DNA of 64,000 nucleotides from Paraspadella gotoi. Its lineage: Eukaryota > Animalia > Chaetognatha. The stretch spans positions 14,390,770 to 14,454,769 of the forward strand of contig CM119271.1 of NCBI GenBank assembly GCA_051294375.1, given 5' to 3'. Position 1 is the first letter of the stretch. Every line of letters starts with the position of its first letter. Below, piece by piece: positions 48,225 to 60,728 of this stretch. Position numbers and translations under genes: made by a program. The notes under the pieces were generated by a model. That model was given only the letters and a program-made list of their open reading frames with translations. It made no database searches and was not told where the DNA came from.

Positions 48225-49433
48225 TTAAGTCCTAGTGGAGTAAAGATCCCTATCTTCGATCTTAGATTGACCGAGATCTCCGAGAGTCAATTCGAACTCC
48301 TTGTCGCCTTCGGTTCTTATGACCAGAAGACCGTCGCCCGTCGGAGTCGGCTTCACGGGGACCGACTGGTCATCAAGAACCGCGGGAGGAGGAGGAAGAG
48401 GAGCGCTCTCCACCGCCACTTCCCTCTCCACTTCCTCCAAAGGCTCGACCACCTTCTCCACGTAGGACGCGACAGTCTCTACTTCCTCCGCCAGGTGTTC
48501 CACTACTTCCGCGACCGACTCTACGATCTCCGCCGCCGCTTCCACCGCCTCAGCCGCCTCGGCGATCTCGGGCACGGCGTCGACGAAAGGTTGGGCCTCC
48601 ACTGACTCGGCGACATCTTCGACGACTTCGGCCAAGTGTTTAGTCTTTTCCGCGACCTCTTCCACGAATTCTGCGGCAGACTCGACGGCGCGCGCCGACT
48701 CCGCGACGGAAGTGGGGCGCTGAAGAAGTTCAACGGCGGCGCCGGCGAGGGATACAAAGGAGACGGCTGAGAAAAAACGAAAGATCGATTTAAAAGTATG
48801 TAATGATTAATATCATTAATGTAAACGTAAATGTATCCAATATCTACCACCACAACTCGACAAACTGACCCGTTCTCTTAGTAACCCTCCACGCGGCCCA
48901 CGGATAACAAACGGCCGAGGCGGCCCCTAACGCCGCCGTTGGGTAAACGATCCTCTTTAGCCTGCCCAATCCGCGCGAACGGGGCGTCGCTAAAAGCGTC
49001 ACAACCGGCGCGCCGACTATGAGCGCCACCCGCGCCGCCGACGCCGGTCGGTTTGGCAAGTCTTTGATGTCTTCGACGAGCTGTTGGGTGTGCGCAACCG
49101 ACACGTGCCATTTGTGGACGATCGTTTCTCGGAAGGCGAGGCAAGAGTCTTTGGCGGAGAGGATGGAAACGATGACGGAAGCGAGGCGGTGGGCGAGCGG
49201 AGAGGCGGTGGACGGAGCTGCGTCGAAGGAAGAGTCGTCGTCGGGGGCGTCGTAGGCAGAGAGTTCGCTGACCGGGCGACTGAGTAATATTTTATTTAAT
49301 CTTTATACAAAAGACAAAGTGACGGGTGGTGACGTAATATCACTACCCGTTGGATACGACTGTTCGATCCTTCAGCGCCGTAAAACGCCGCGGCAAAGAT
49401 CGAGACGGGGAGTGACCAATGACCACTGACCAT
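48225..49433 (-). CDS. MICOS subunit MIC26/MIC27 (APOO/APOOL-like)
   Basis: RLKRIVYPTAALGAASAVCYP and the C-terminal DLGQSKIEDRDLYSTRT* match the family signature. The last exon has an acidic E/V/A-rich insertion. Confidence 0.85.
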
Positions 49434-51047
49434 GAGTCTCAGGGTTTTGTTTTTTCAGTTTTCGACGCGAATAAATTGATTGAATAAAACTACGAAGCCC
49501 TCATTTTCCTCATTGTCACTTTCCCTTGTTTAGTGTTTAAACTTACCCTGTTCTTTCCGCCGCCCGAACGGTTCTCGTCGCCAGTCTCATGTGTGAGGCG
49601 CCACCATATAAGAACGACCAACGCCGGCGCGCGTCCGAAATGGCGCCGCGGCGGATGGGGAGTTCGGCGGTCTCTTGGCGAATCATTGGCGAATCCGTGG
49701 GCGGCGCCTTTCTCTTTAAATTCTTTAACACATTTCTAGGTAACGTGAAAAAAAATTACGGCTAAGACGAATAAAAAATTTGCTAGTCTGGGAACTGTAA
49801 CGTTGAAGGCTGATTGATCATTAAAAGTAAAATAAAAACCATCTTTCATTTTACGAAATTTTGGTCAAATTAAACTGTACAAAAAGTTAATATAAAATTG
49901 ATTTAAAGGCTTTTAAAGTGATTCGTATGTTTTCTCTTCGTATCAAAATACTCGTGTTGGAGGAGGTTTTATGGGAAGTACCGTGGGAGTACCGTGGGAC
50001 ACATAAGGCTAAGCTTCGGAAATTAGTACAATAAAAGCGATGGAAAGCCCGAAAGTGTTCTGTATTAGATTCTTTAGTTTATTAAAATTGAGGTGTCATG
50101 ACATAATTTCAATAAAAAAAGGCACAATGATTTATTTAAAAATGAAATTATGAAGCTTTAAACAATTTTATTGAGAAAAAATTCGGATGTTGGGTTTCAA
50201 AAACTTTTGTCTACTTTCGTAACTCGTAAATAGGGAATAATCAAATAATATACTTCTAATTAGAGGTAGCTTTCGTAAAACTAAATCTAATGCATATGAC
50301 AATATGCAAATCAGCATTTTAAGAGGCACATTTTTATCATTAATTCATAAAAAAATATTTTTGTAAACGCTAAAATGTAAATAAATTAGCACCTATTTAC
50401 ATGAAAAGTTTGTTAAAAAGGTTAGCTAACTGATCTACGTTATAAATTATATCACTTCAAACTTTTTTTCACATCAAATCACAGCAAATCAGTTGTGTCA
50501 ATTTTGACATAAAAACAGAATGAAGTTTGACATCTCTTTTTATAAAAAAAGAGTGTCATTTGTCCGAATTGTGAGAGGCTGAAATTGATCTACATAACGT
50601 ATGCGTTAATAAAATTACGTTATTACAATTAGGATGATGAAGCGGGATACGGCGGATTAGTAAGTGTAAAAAGGTATTTTTTAGTATGAAGCGGATAATT
50701 ATGAATATGAAACTTTTGAAAAAGTGAAATGGATTATTGCTAAGGACACCTATACTAGTCGATGGTTGACCTTGTACACAATCCATAAGAACAAATACGA
50801 TTGAATTTGTAAATAAATGATCCAATTCAAATCCATTTTTACGCATAGTAAATTATACTGAGTTACGGCTGTAAACTGACAAAAGAAGATACGATACGTA
50901 AGTTTTCGATTGGCGGTGCTTCGAAAGTTTAAGAATTATCGACTAGCCCAATAGCGGTCTACCAATTTTTTGACATTAATTTTCGATAGTCTTCGTAAAG
51001 CAGTCGTTTTTGGGAGGTGACCTCCAACTCTCAACAGTCAAAAGCAT

Positions 51048-54000
51048 TCACTTGGACGAGTAATAACCGTACGGCTTGTGCCCCTGCGCCCGGGCGCCGT
51101 TGGAGCGCGCCGCTCCGTTGCCCTGAGCGGCGGGTTCTCTCGATCCGCTCCTCTTGACGCGGGAGCGCTGACCGTCCTCCTCCAAGAGATTGTCGAAAAT
51201 CTGCGATGCCCAGTCTTGGCTGCGGGAAGACGCAGCGGCTGCAGGGAGGAATCAAATCATGAGATCAGAAACTTGGTAAGTCAGTCTCCCCCCACTTTTC
51301 CCGTAACCCCGCTCACCATCGCCCATCCTCTCCCTCGTGGCCGTCATCATCCGCTCCCGATGACTCAGATATCGATCCGAAGCCTCGTCGGCGTAGGCGG
51401 CCGAGGGCGGGAGCATGCCTGCTGCGACGGCCCCACCTTCGGAGGCTGCGCCTTCCGCCGCCGCGGCACCGCCTTTTGCTCGCGGCGCGGAGGGAAACTT
51501 GGCGTGGTAGCGGGCGTTGGTGTCGCCAGAGAGATCGATGTTTCTGGAAGGTAAAAAATTCCGTGCACCAATTTAAAAGTTCGGAAATGTTTCAATTGTA
51601 GTATCCGGCGATCTCTCGCTCTCTCTCGATCTTCCTCTCTCCTAATCTCCTCTTCCTCTATCGCCGATAGAGATTATCGCATTCGTCGATATTCGATCCT
51701 TTTGTACGTTTGCCTTTTCCTCATGGAAAATATATTATGTGGTCTACGATATACTTCGTCTTCACTCATCATTTTCGTAGGCTACACAATGATAAAAAAA
51801 AACGCAATGACACTAAACAGTAAATAAAAATAACCAACACCATGTCAAACGAAAACTAACGATTGTTTTCCGAGGATTTTTCCTTTTGTGTAGAGGAGTT
51901 TCTCCCTGGATGACTTGGCCGCTTTCATGACATCCTCGATCGACTCCTCTTTCTCTTGCGATTTTCGGTGGCGGGACTCTGTGTTCGTCGATCATAGAAC
52001 AATTAAGCTTAGTTGTATTGTTTTTATTTTTTCGGCTTAAGCTACTGACGCACCCCTTCTGCCGGCGTGGCTGCCCCGTCCTGAGCCGGAAGGACCCGAA
52101 GACCCCGCGTGACGGTCGGAACCGGCACTGGTGCCGAAGGACGAAGCCCCGACGCCGTTCTTTGAAGGCGAAGATCGCGAGAAGGAGTGAGGTTTTGAGC
52201 GGCGCCCGGAAACGCTGCTTCCGTAGAACGACGCCGCCTTCGATGTTAACGACGTCGTCGTCGTCGATGAGAACGAGTTTGATTGACTAGAAGTTATTCC
52301 GGGAAGACTGAAAAAAAGAGATGAAAAACAAGATAGACTCGTCGGATAAGATGTATATTTGGGGGAAAAAAACATCGTGCAATCAAAGAAAAATCGAAGA
52401 GTGCAGGGCGAACTTCAGTGCGGTCGTCAGTGTTAATAAAACCAGTGCAACCGACAGTGAAATCATTAACAACTTAAAAGTAGCAGTGCGACCTTGAAGG
52501 CGATCGACAGTATAACTTATACTATAGTGCGATTAGCAGTGCGATCAATGCGATCGACATTGCTAACTACAGAACCTTCAGCAGTGTTATTTGAATTTCA
52601 ACCTCCGGTGCGATCAACGGTGCATCCTACAGACCGATCGAAAGTGCATCCTACAGTGCGATCGGCAATGCATCCTACAGTGCAATCGGCAGTGCAAACG
52701 ACAATTGGATTGGCAGTGCAACCTACAGTGCGGTCGAAAATTAAATAAGCGATTGACTGTGCAACACTTAGTTAAATAAACAAAACAAAAACTATTTCAA
52801 GATCATCAAAGAGATAATGGTGCGAAACGAATAACAAACATTATAAACTCCTTAGTCCTTACAACTCACAGAGATGTTGCAGTGGATCCAAAAACAGTGC
52901 AATATTATAGTCTTAACAACAAAGCAAATATTACGGTGCTTAGAAAAAACTAAATTATGTGGGAAAAAAAAGGTAAAATGCCAGGAAAGTAAGAAAACGT
53001 GAAGTCGACGAAACATATCCAATAACGATTTAGCCGGAAACTAGTATTTTAGACTACGGTTAATTAATCTAACTTAAATTAAAGGAAGATAATGCGGGAA
53101 CTAAATGAATCTTAAAATAATTTTTCATAGGCTTAAATCGGTATTTTTTAGTTTATTCTTAATATATAAGTAAAACACCCGGCCTACTTTTCGTTGAGCT
53201 TGGAGAGCGCGGCGTTCCGCGCCGATGGAGGACGAGAGGAAGACGGATTCTTATCACAGTTGGATTGGTGTTGGACCAAAACGTCAAAGGGAAAGAGATC
53301 TTCGCAAAATTCGCCTGAGTTTGTAGGATAGATTGAGATAATAGTAACGATTAAAATTTGATTAAAATTAATGGTAAAGCATTCCCCACTCACAGGGCAA
53401 CGCGTCGATGACCGTTGGTGGCGGGCGCGAGGAATCCTCGACGGCGACGGCGGCGGCGGGATTCCGCGTGGGAGAAGGTCGCAGGATGTCGTTGAAAAAG
53501 TCGGAGGGAATGGCTAAGAATGAGATAGAAGTGAATAAGCTCAACGAAGAAAGATTTGATTGAAAGCTTGAGTCAGGAATGAACTCGATTGGATCTTTGT
53601 GGAAATGCATATAAACATTTGTGGATTTAATTCATTTAAATAAAGATTTATTGATTCATTGATTATTCATTAATTCGCCATTGATAATTATTTAATTTTC
53701 TCCCCTCAGCTATCATGAGTTTATGATTAATATTTTATAGCAGAGGTGTTGGGTACTACTTCGTGTTTACTTAGTGATACCTAAGCTAAGCTGTGGCTAC
53801 TGATCCCCCTAACACTTGCAGAGTTCTGCAATGCCACGTTTCATGAACCAATCACCACGATAATATTTAGATGACTAAGAAAGTCATAATAATAATTAAT
53901 CTATTATTAAACATTTTTCGACCTACCATCGCCGGAGGCAGAATTAGGTCCGCATCTTTCCTGATGATTCATCAACTCTTCCAACGGAAATGGGTTCATG

Positions 54001-55979
54001 CAAAATTCACACGGGATTTTAATAACGTCACTGAAAGTAAAAAAAAAAAAAAAAAAAGAGTTGTATTCATTAAAACAAAAAACTCATTGTAAAAACATTT
54101 GTAAACTAAAAACAATAAACACTGACCCGGACGATTGAGGCCGAGGTGACTTTTCTTTGGACCTTCTCTTCGGTTCTTTGTCGATGGGAGGATTGAATCC
54201 GGGCAGGGCGACGCCCGTGCGAGAAAACCTGACAAAACCGTCGCATGGAACACGTGACATGAAAAAAAAACGCGAACCTTGTAAAATACTCGGGACGAAC
54301 CTGTGCGCGTTGGAAGATTCCCCGGGCTTTTCTTTCTTTTCCTCTTCTCCGCCGACCCAGAGAAATCTACTGGGTTTATCCCTGGGGGAAAAGAAATCAA
54401 AGTGGGGGAAAGTTATAAAAAATACTTTTGTCTTTCCTCGATGTTCCACACCTAACCCACACCGCCCCTTCTCAGTCCTCGTGTCCTCACCAATCTTCGT
54501 CCGTTTCTCGCGCCTTCCTCTGCTTCCGGATCTCATCCAAGGATCTTGGTTTCCGCCCGCTCGCGCTTTCCGTCGATTCCCCCGCAGCGTCGCCGGTTTC
54601 GTCCGACGCCGCCGCCGCTGCAGCTGCCTCCTCGTTCATGCGGCGGCGACGACGAGCGCGAGTCAACGCGTCTTCGGGTTCCTCTTCTGATGCGCCGAAT
54701 ATTTCGCGCCGACGATTGTATCTGGTGTCAAAATTGTACACATTTTGTCGTTAATAAATAATTAATAAATGACTTTAATAAATGACTCCAAAGTATTCCA
54801 ACCGGTCAAGATATCCCTCGCCCGACATCATCGCTTCGGCCATTTGTTCGATGCGCAGCATTTGGTTTCCGGCCGCGACGGCATCTGATAAGAGGGGGGA
54901 AAGAAAAATCGTATTAAAAATACCCGGATGTGACGATAAGCGTCGTCGTTACGACCTTCCTGTTCCGGATGGAACCGCGCCATGTATTCGCTATCATTGC
55001 GCAGCGTCGACGGGATTCGGTTCCACTGACCATCGAGACCCAAAGCTCTGGATATAGGACAAAATGTGTGAGGCGTTTATAGAACTTTCATCAATTTCCC
55101 CCACCCCCCCAAAAAAACTAGTTTACACACACAAAGTCGTCACCTGTTTAATTCTTCACGGCGAAACTCGTATGCTTTGAGCCTTTGAGCTAAATCCTGC
55201 TCCGAGTTCAAGGGAGCCTTTTCCTTTTTCTCTGGCTCCGGATAGAGGCAGTTAGTGGCGATGTGCGTGTCCAAGTCCTTGAGCTTAATGTACCTAAGAT
55301 TATTTCATTTTTAATATCAAATCGAGCTCTTAAATTAACTTCTTGCACTGCCCCTTACCTTTCACACAAGGTGCAGAGTTCGGTTCTGCTTCCGCACCAC
55401 TGCTCGTGCTCCGCCAAATCGATCACCGGCAGCTCGAGTTCGCAGATGGCGCATGCGACTTTTCGTTGCACGCACTCCTTCTTGCTGAATATTTAAACGT
55501 CAAGGAAATCAAACTTTTTAAACTTTTTAATATAACTAGATTGTTAAATGTTAAGTAATAACCAACCGGTGATCCTCGAATTCCTTGTTGGGAACGTCAA
55601 GGTTACAATCGGGGCATCGGTTGGACCCGTGCTCTTTATCCAGGTGAGACGACAACTCGCTCGGTCGAACCTGGGAGACGAGAGCGGAAGTACTCAAACC
55701 AAAATGACACCGACTAAATTAAGTTAACTCTTGTTAACCAAGGATGACAAATGTTACAACTTCCTTTATGATGCTTACCTGTTTATTACACTCGGGACAG
55801 TGCGTGTGCTCTTCGTTCATGTGTTCCTCGAGTTCGGAACGAGCGACGGGTTCGTCGCAGACAGAGCACAGCACGATGTTCCGTTTACAGTGGACCTCGT
55901 GCATTACGAAGTTTATAGCGGCGATCTCCCGCTTGCAGTTATTACAGTATTTTGCGTCATCTCCCCCGCTCCCAGCCAT
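51048..55979 (-). CDS. TRAFD1: TRAF-type zinc-finger protein TRAFD1/XAF1-like
   Basis: YCNNCKREIAAINFVMHEVHCKRNIVLCSVCDEPV..LEEH; HEQWCGSRTELCTLC; LPCE|FCEDLFPFDVLVQHQSNC. The low-complexity 3' exons are approximate. Confidence 0.8.
52400..52765. repeat. Degenerate 12/24-bp tandem repeat in a TRAFD1 intron
   Basis: Recurring cagtgcgatcg / gtgcatcctaca units. Confidence 0.7.
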
Positions 55980-56498
55980 GGTCGCCTCGTCCAAAATGTT
56001 TTTTACAGCTTTCTAAAAAATAAATCGACGCAAAAAACTCATTTGCATATAACAGTAAAATTCAAAAAAACAGATTTCGTAAATTAAGCGATGCTAATTA
56101 GCTTGTGTTGTTCACAGACTGGGGACACTTTTAGTTACGCGAAGCATCACTGGGATGACGGACGAAACTATGTCCTATCTGAATCAAGCTCGACATCTCC
56201 TTGTTCAAGTTTTGGTACACAAACGAAAATGTTTTAAAATCCAATTTAAATCAAAATCGCTCCTCACTGACGGAGGAAAAATTAAAAATTGTTCGCGCAA
56301 ACTAAAAGGCGAAAGGAATCCCTTCTCCGGCCGTGCGGATCATGAATGACTCTCTGATGCCCACGAAAGAAGGGAATGTTTAGAAAGGATTCGATCCTTG
56401 GATTAAAAAATTGTCAACTATAAAACATTAACAAAAATCAATAAGAAAATAACAGCAACAGGAGATACTCTTGGTGGAATGGAGCAGATAATGGAAAC

Positions 56499-59147
56499 CT
56501 AGCCAAGTGATGATCCGCCCCCCTTTTGATAATAATGAGGCGCCATCTCCAGCAGCCACTCGTCCTTAATAACGGAGACCTCCCTCATCGCGTATTCGCA
56601 CTCGACGTTGGCGCCACTCGTGGAATTCTCCGCCGTCAACTGCACCACCTCGTTGAAGATGAGCAGCGGCGGAGGCTTCCGCGCGTAGAGGACGGAGGTG
56701 GGATGAATGTTGAGCGCCTGACCCTCCCGGATCGTCTTGTAGACGCCCGAGTGGTGATAAAAGGCCGCCTGAGAGAAAAAGCCCGAGATAAGGCATCTTG
56801 CGATGAGGGCGACGACCTCGACAGGATCCAGCTCAGTCCGCTTGGCCGAAGAGAAGCTCGACGCGCCCGTCAGACGACGAAGAAGGTTCGAGAGTTGAGT
56901 CCGAATCTCGAAGGCGCGGGAGAGGCCGCGGAAGTTGAGCAGGTGCTGCTTGCAAAACTTGGAGGAACGGTTGGCGGCGACGAAAGCGTCGAAAACGTTG
57001 AGAAGGGTCACGTGATCTCCTTCCTCGACGGCGAATCGGATCTTTTCGCGATTGGACGCTTTCTTGCGACCAGAGGGAACGACGAAGACGTTCTGCACCT
57101 GCAGCATCGAGACGATGGTGAGGATCTCCTCCGTGCAGCCCATCGATATCGACTGCAACAACGCCTTAGAGAACATGGGCGGGAGAGGGAATTCGGCCAT
57201 CTTGACCCCGAGATCCGAAGTCAATTCTCCCTTCTCGTTCAAAGCCCCGAGCGCGTAGAGAAGTTCCAGTCCTTGGATCATGTTGCCAGAAGGCGGTGGG
57301 GAGAAGTAAGGAAACCGGAGAACGTTGCTGATACCGAGCGCTTTCAGTTGGAGGATGGGGTAGGACAGATGACAACGCTGCATCTCGGGGATGGACTTTT
57401 CAGAGAGACGCTTGGCGTAAGAGTCTTCCGTGAAGAGGCGATAAACGAAGCCAGAGCGGACTCGGCCGGCGCGACCGGCGCGCTGAATCGCCGACGCCCG
57501 AGAGGTGGCGACGATCATGAGAGACTCGAATCCCGTGGAAGGGTTGATGGCGCGGAGTTTGACGAAGCCGCAGTCCACGACGTGGATGATGTTTGGGATC
57601 GTCACGGAAGCTTCGGCCACGTTGGTGGAAACGACGACCTTTGAAGAGGGAGAAAGGATAAATAAAAACAAGAAGGGTAATTCCAATTTGTTGCGCCGCA
57701 GTGACTTTATTTTTACGATTATATTACATGACATAACTTGACATAACTAAACAACTTTCTTAACCAATGTTTTTATGACATGCACTGCATCAAAATTCCA
57801 TCTTTTATTCCTTATAGTTTTAGAATTTCCTGAAGGCGGCGCTTGCAATCCCTTAGATTTGAATTTTTTTTTTTTTTATCTTTATAAATGACCAACTAAC
57901 TGTAGGCCAATTAAATACGTTTTTAACTTAACCGACGGACCGACCGAAAAGTTGCTCGGCGAGTACTCGCGGCGCAGCTCATAAAAGGATCTTGTAAGAG
58001 CTACGATTACGGCTTAATTTTACCCCCCCCCCACACCACACAACCCCTAGCCTTTAATAACCTTTCGATGATTATTCGGTGTCCTTTCAAAAACCCTCAT
58101 CTGTTCCGAATAAGGCAAATTCCCGTAAAGCGGCAAGACGTGAATCCTCAACCGACTGACGCCGTCGGCCGAGACCATCTTCGATCCTTCCACCAGATCG
58201 CGTCCATAGTCTTTAAGCATCTTAGCCACCGTCTCCACTTCCTCTTGTCCCGTGAGAAAGGCCAAGACGTCGCCTTCCGGCTGCGACTCGTGAATCTTGA
58301 TCACGGTCTCCACCGTCGCCTTCAAGTAGTCGGGAACGGGCGACTCCGCGTAGAGGGCCGTCACGGGAAAGGCTCGTCCGCGTAAGCCGACTACTACGGA
58401 GGTGTCCTTAGGCAAGTCGATGTCTTGTTTGAGCGGCGTCTTCAACGACGCCGTCTCCTCGCGAAAGTTGAAAAAGTCTTTAAAGGCGCGAGCGTCGAGT
58501 GTGGCGGAGCTGACGAGCAGGTGGAGGTCTTTCCTTTTGGCGAGGATCTTCTTGAGAAGACCGAGGAGGATGTCGGTGAAGATGGATCGCTCGTGGACTT
58601 CGTCGAGCATCACCACCGAGTAGCGCGTCAACAGAGGATCACGCATCATCTCGCGGATGAGGAGACCGTCGGTCATGAAGCGGACGCGAGTGTGGAGAGG
58701 ATCGCTCACGTCCTCGAATCGAATAGTGTAGCCAACTTCTGTCCCTAGGGGCGTGCCACGCTCGTCGGCCACGCGCGCCGCCACCGTCGTCACGGCGACG
58801 CGACGCGGCTGCGTCACAGCGATCACGTGACCCTTTCCTGCCCAACCGGCCTCTAACAAGTATTGAGGGACTTGAGTGGACTTGCCCGAGCCGGTCTCGC
58901 CCACGAGGACGACAGTTTGATAATTCTCCACCGCGTAGAGAATCTCCTCGCGATGTTTGAAGACCGGAAGTCGTTGACGTTGCGTCTCCAGCGCCAACGA
59001 CGCGTTGCGGTTAAAGACGATGGTGGAGTTGAGGTCATCGTCGAGACCCGACGTCGCCTCCGTCACAGTCCGGTCCTCGCCCGACATGGCGCCGTCTGTC
59101 GGGCGGCCCGGACCCGAGGCGCCGGGCTTCCAAAATTTGATGCTCAT
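56499..59147 (-). CDS. DHX35: DEAH-box RNA helicase DHX35
   Basis: N-terminal KFWKPG, GETGSGKST, TQPRRVA, DEVHER, SAT, STNVAEASVTI, QRAGRAGR, then HA2/OB-like C-terminus. One intron at ~58060-57640. Confidence 0.93.
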
Positions 59148-59955
59148 CGCGATGATGACGATAAAAAGTAAAGGGGAAAGCTGGGCAAAGAAAGAATTGT
59201 CCGAAATTGCCAATTATGATAATTGATACCAAAAAGATATCGTCTGCAACAATAATGACACAACTCAACTAAAAACCTAAAATGCAACAAAATCTGTTAC
59301 GGATGCGACCACTGAGGCAGAACTGAGCTTACAGCAGGTCCGCCAACGTTTTTTTACACGTCCAGAAAAAGGAAGACAAACGATCAAGTTTTGGGAAAGT
59401 AATTTTAAACGAAATTCCTCGCCGAATCACATAATTTACGTCACTTTACCTCCACAAAGTTACTCCGAAGTCATTGTTTCCCGTTTCTCAATCAATATTT
59501 CTGAGAATTGAGGCCCCCGAATCATTTTGGAGCGTCGGCGGCGCCGTCGAGGTCATCGAATCTTCTGGCGAGCGCCATCACGATCACCGACTATTGTCAA
59601 ACGTGAGTCAGGGATCGGGGGATGCGTGAACGGTGGCTTTAGAGCAAGAAAGAGAGAGTGATAGAGAGCGAGACAGAAAGAGGAAAAAAGGATGCAATGA
59701 GAGCGGCGGGCGGCGGTGGCGGGGAGAGCGGGAGACGAAGGAGAAAACAAATGAACAGGAAATGATTGAGTCTCGAGCGAAGGCGACATCTGGTAGAGGC
59801 TAAGCTCAACCGAGAGAATGATGATCTTTTGTTAAGGATTGTGCGTCCTCTTTATAATCTTTGTCCACAACTAAGTATAATAAAGTCTGTCCGTGACCAA
59901 TGTCCAGTCAGGGGCAATATAGACTGTAGTTTATTTATTGAATAAATGGATAATT

Positions 59956-60170
59956 GGGTTACTTTTACTTTGGCCGACTGGGGTTAGGGAGGGGTTAGGG
60001 TTAAGGGTAATTTAAGGGTGGTTTAGGGTTAGGGGTAGTTAGGGTTAGGAGGGTTTAGGGTTAGGGTAATTAGGTAATATTTTTTTAAAAATTTTTTTTA
60101 AAAATAAGTATTTTTAAATGTTTTTTTAAAAGTCGCCATAACCGAGGTCGGCGAAAGTAAAATTTAGTCT
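59956..60170. mobile_element. Non-autonomous element with 16-bp inverted repeats enclosing degenerate TTAGGG repeats
   Basis: ttttactttggccgac (59963-59978) pairs with gtcggcgaaagtaaaa (60147-60162). The interior has a gggttaggg tract and the flanks carry the direct repeat GATAATT. Confidence 0.65.
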
Positions 60171-60728
60171 GATAATTTTTATTTGTTGTACTAATTTTAT
60201 AAATTTGAATATTTAAACTAATTTCACGTCTCAGTTTTCATGTGTAAAACGAAAATATCTTTTTGAATTTGATTGATTCTTCTTCTTTGGCAAGGCAGAT
60301 ATTGTCTTATGTCAATGAACTACTAAGAAAAATGCAACACACGTGAAATTTCTCAAAATTTCTAACAAAACTAATTTTTTTCTTAACACAAAAAATATTT
60401 CAGACCGTTAGAAGGAAAAAAATATAATGATTGAAGAACAAACAAAATTTGATATAATTTAAATAATCTTAGCAAAATTTTTAAAGTCAACTTGATGAAG
60501 GAACATCAAAATAACAAAAAAGACACTCACTACTAAGATTGCTTTCGAATGTTTTTTTCAGCGAACCAGTCTTCCCTTTCTTCACAGGCGGGGACAAAAA
60601 TTGCTGCGAATAAACTAAGAAAATCGACCAAGCAATAAGCATCGCAGAAAGAGGAAAAGCAAAGTTTCTGTTGAAAGACTGAATCCATACACACATCACA
60701 AAATACGGCAACAAATAGCGACGCTGCA

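Noticed and set aside
56526-57644. 372-aa plus-strand ORF
   Set aside because: Antisense shadow of the GC-rich DHX35 exon, with no recognisable motifs.
57925-57990. GACC/GACG microsatellite plus hairpin (similar at ~28340-28490), possibly Helentron-associated fragments
   Set aside because: Too short and degenerate to define termini.
59980-60075. True telomere or chromosome fusion site
   Set aside because: The tract is short and degenerate, single orientation, and enclosed by inverted repeats between ordinary genes.
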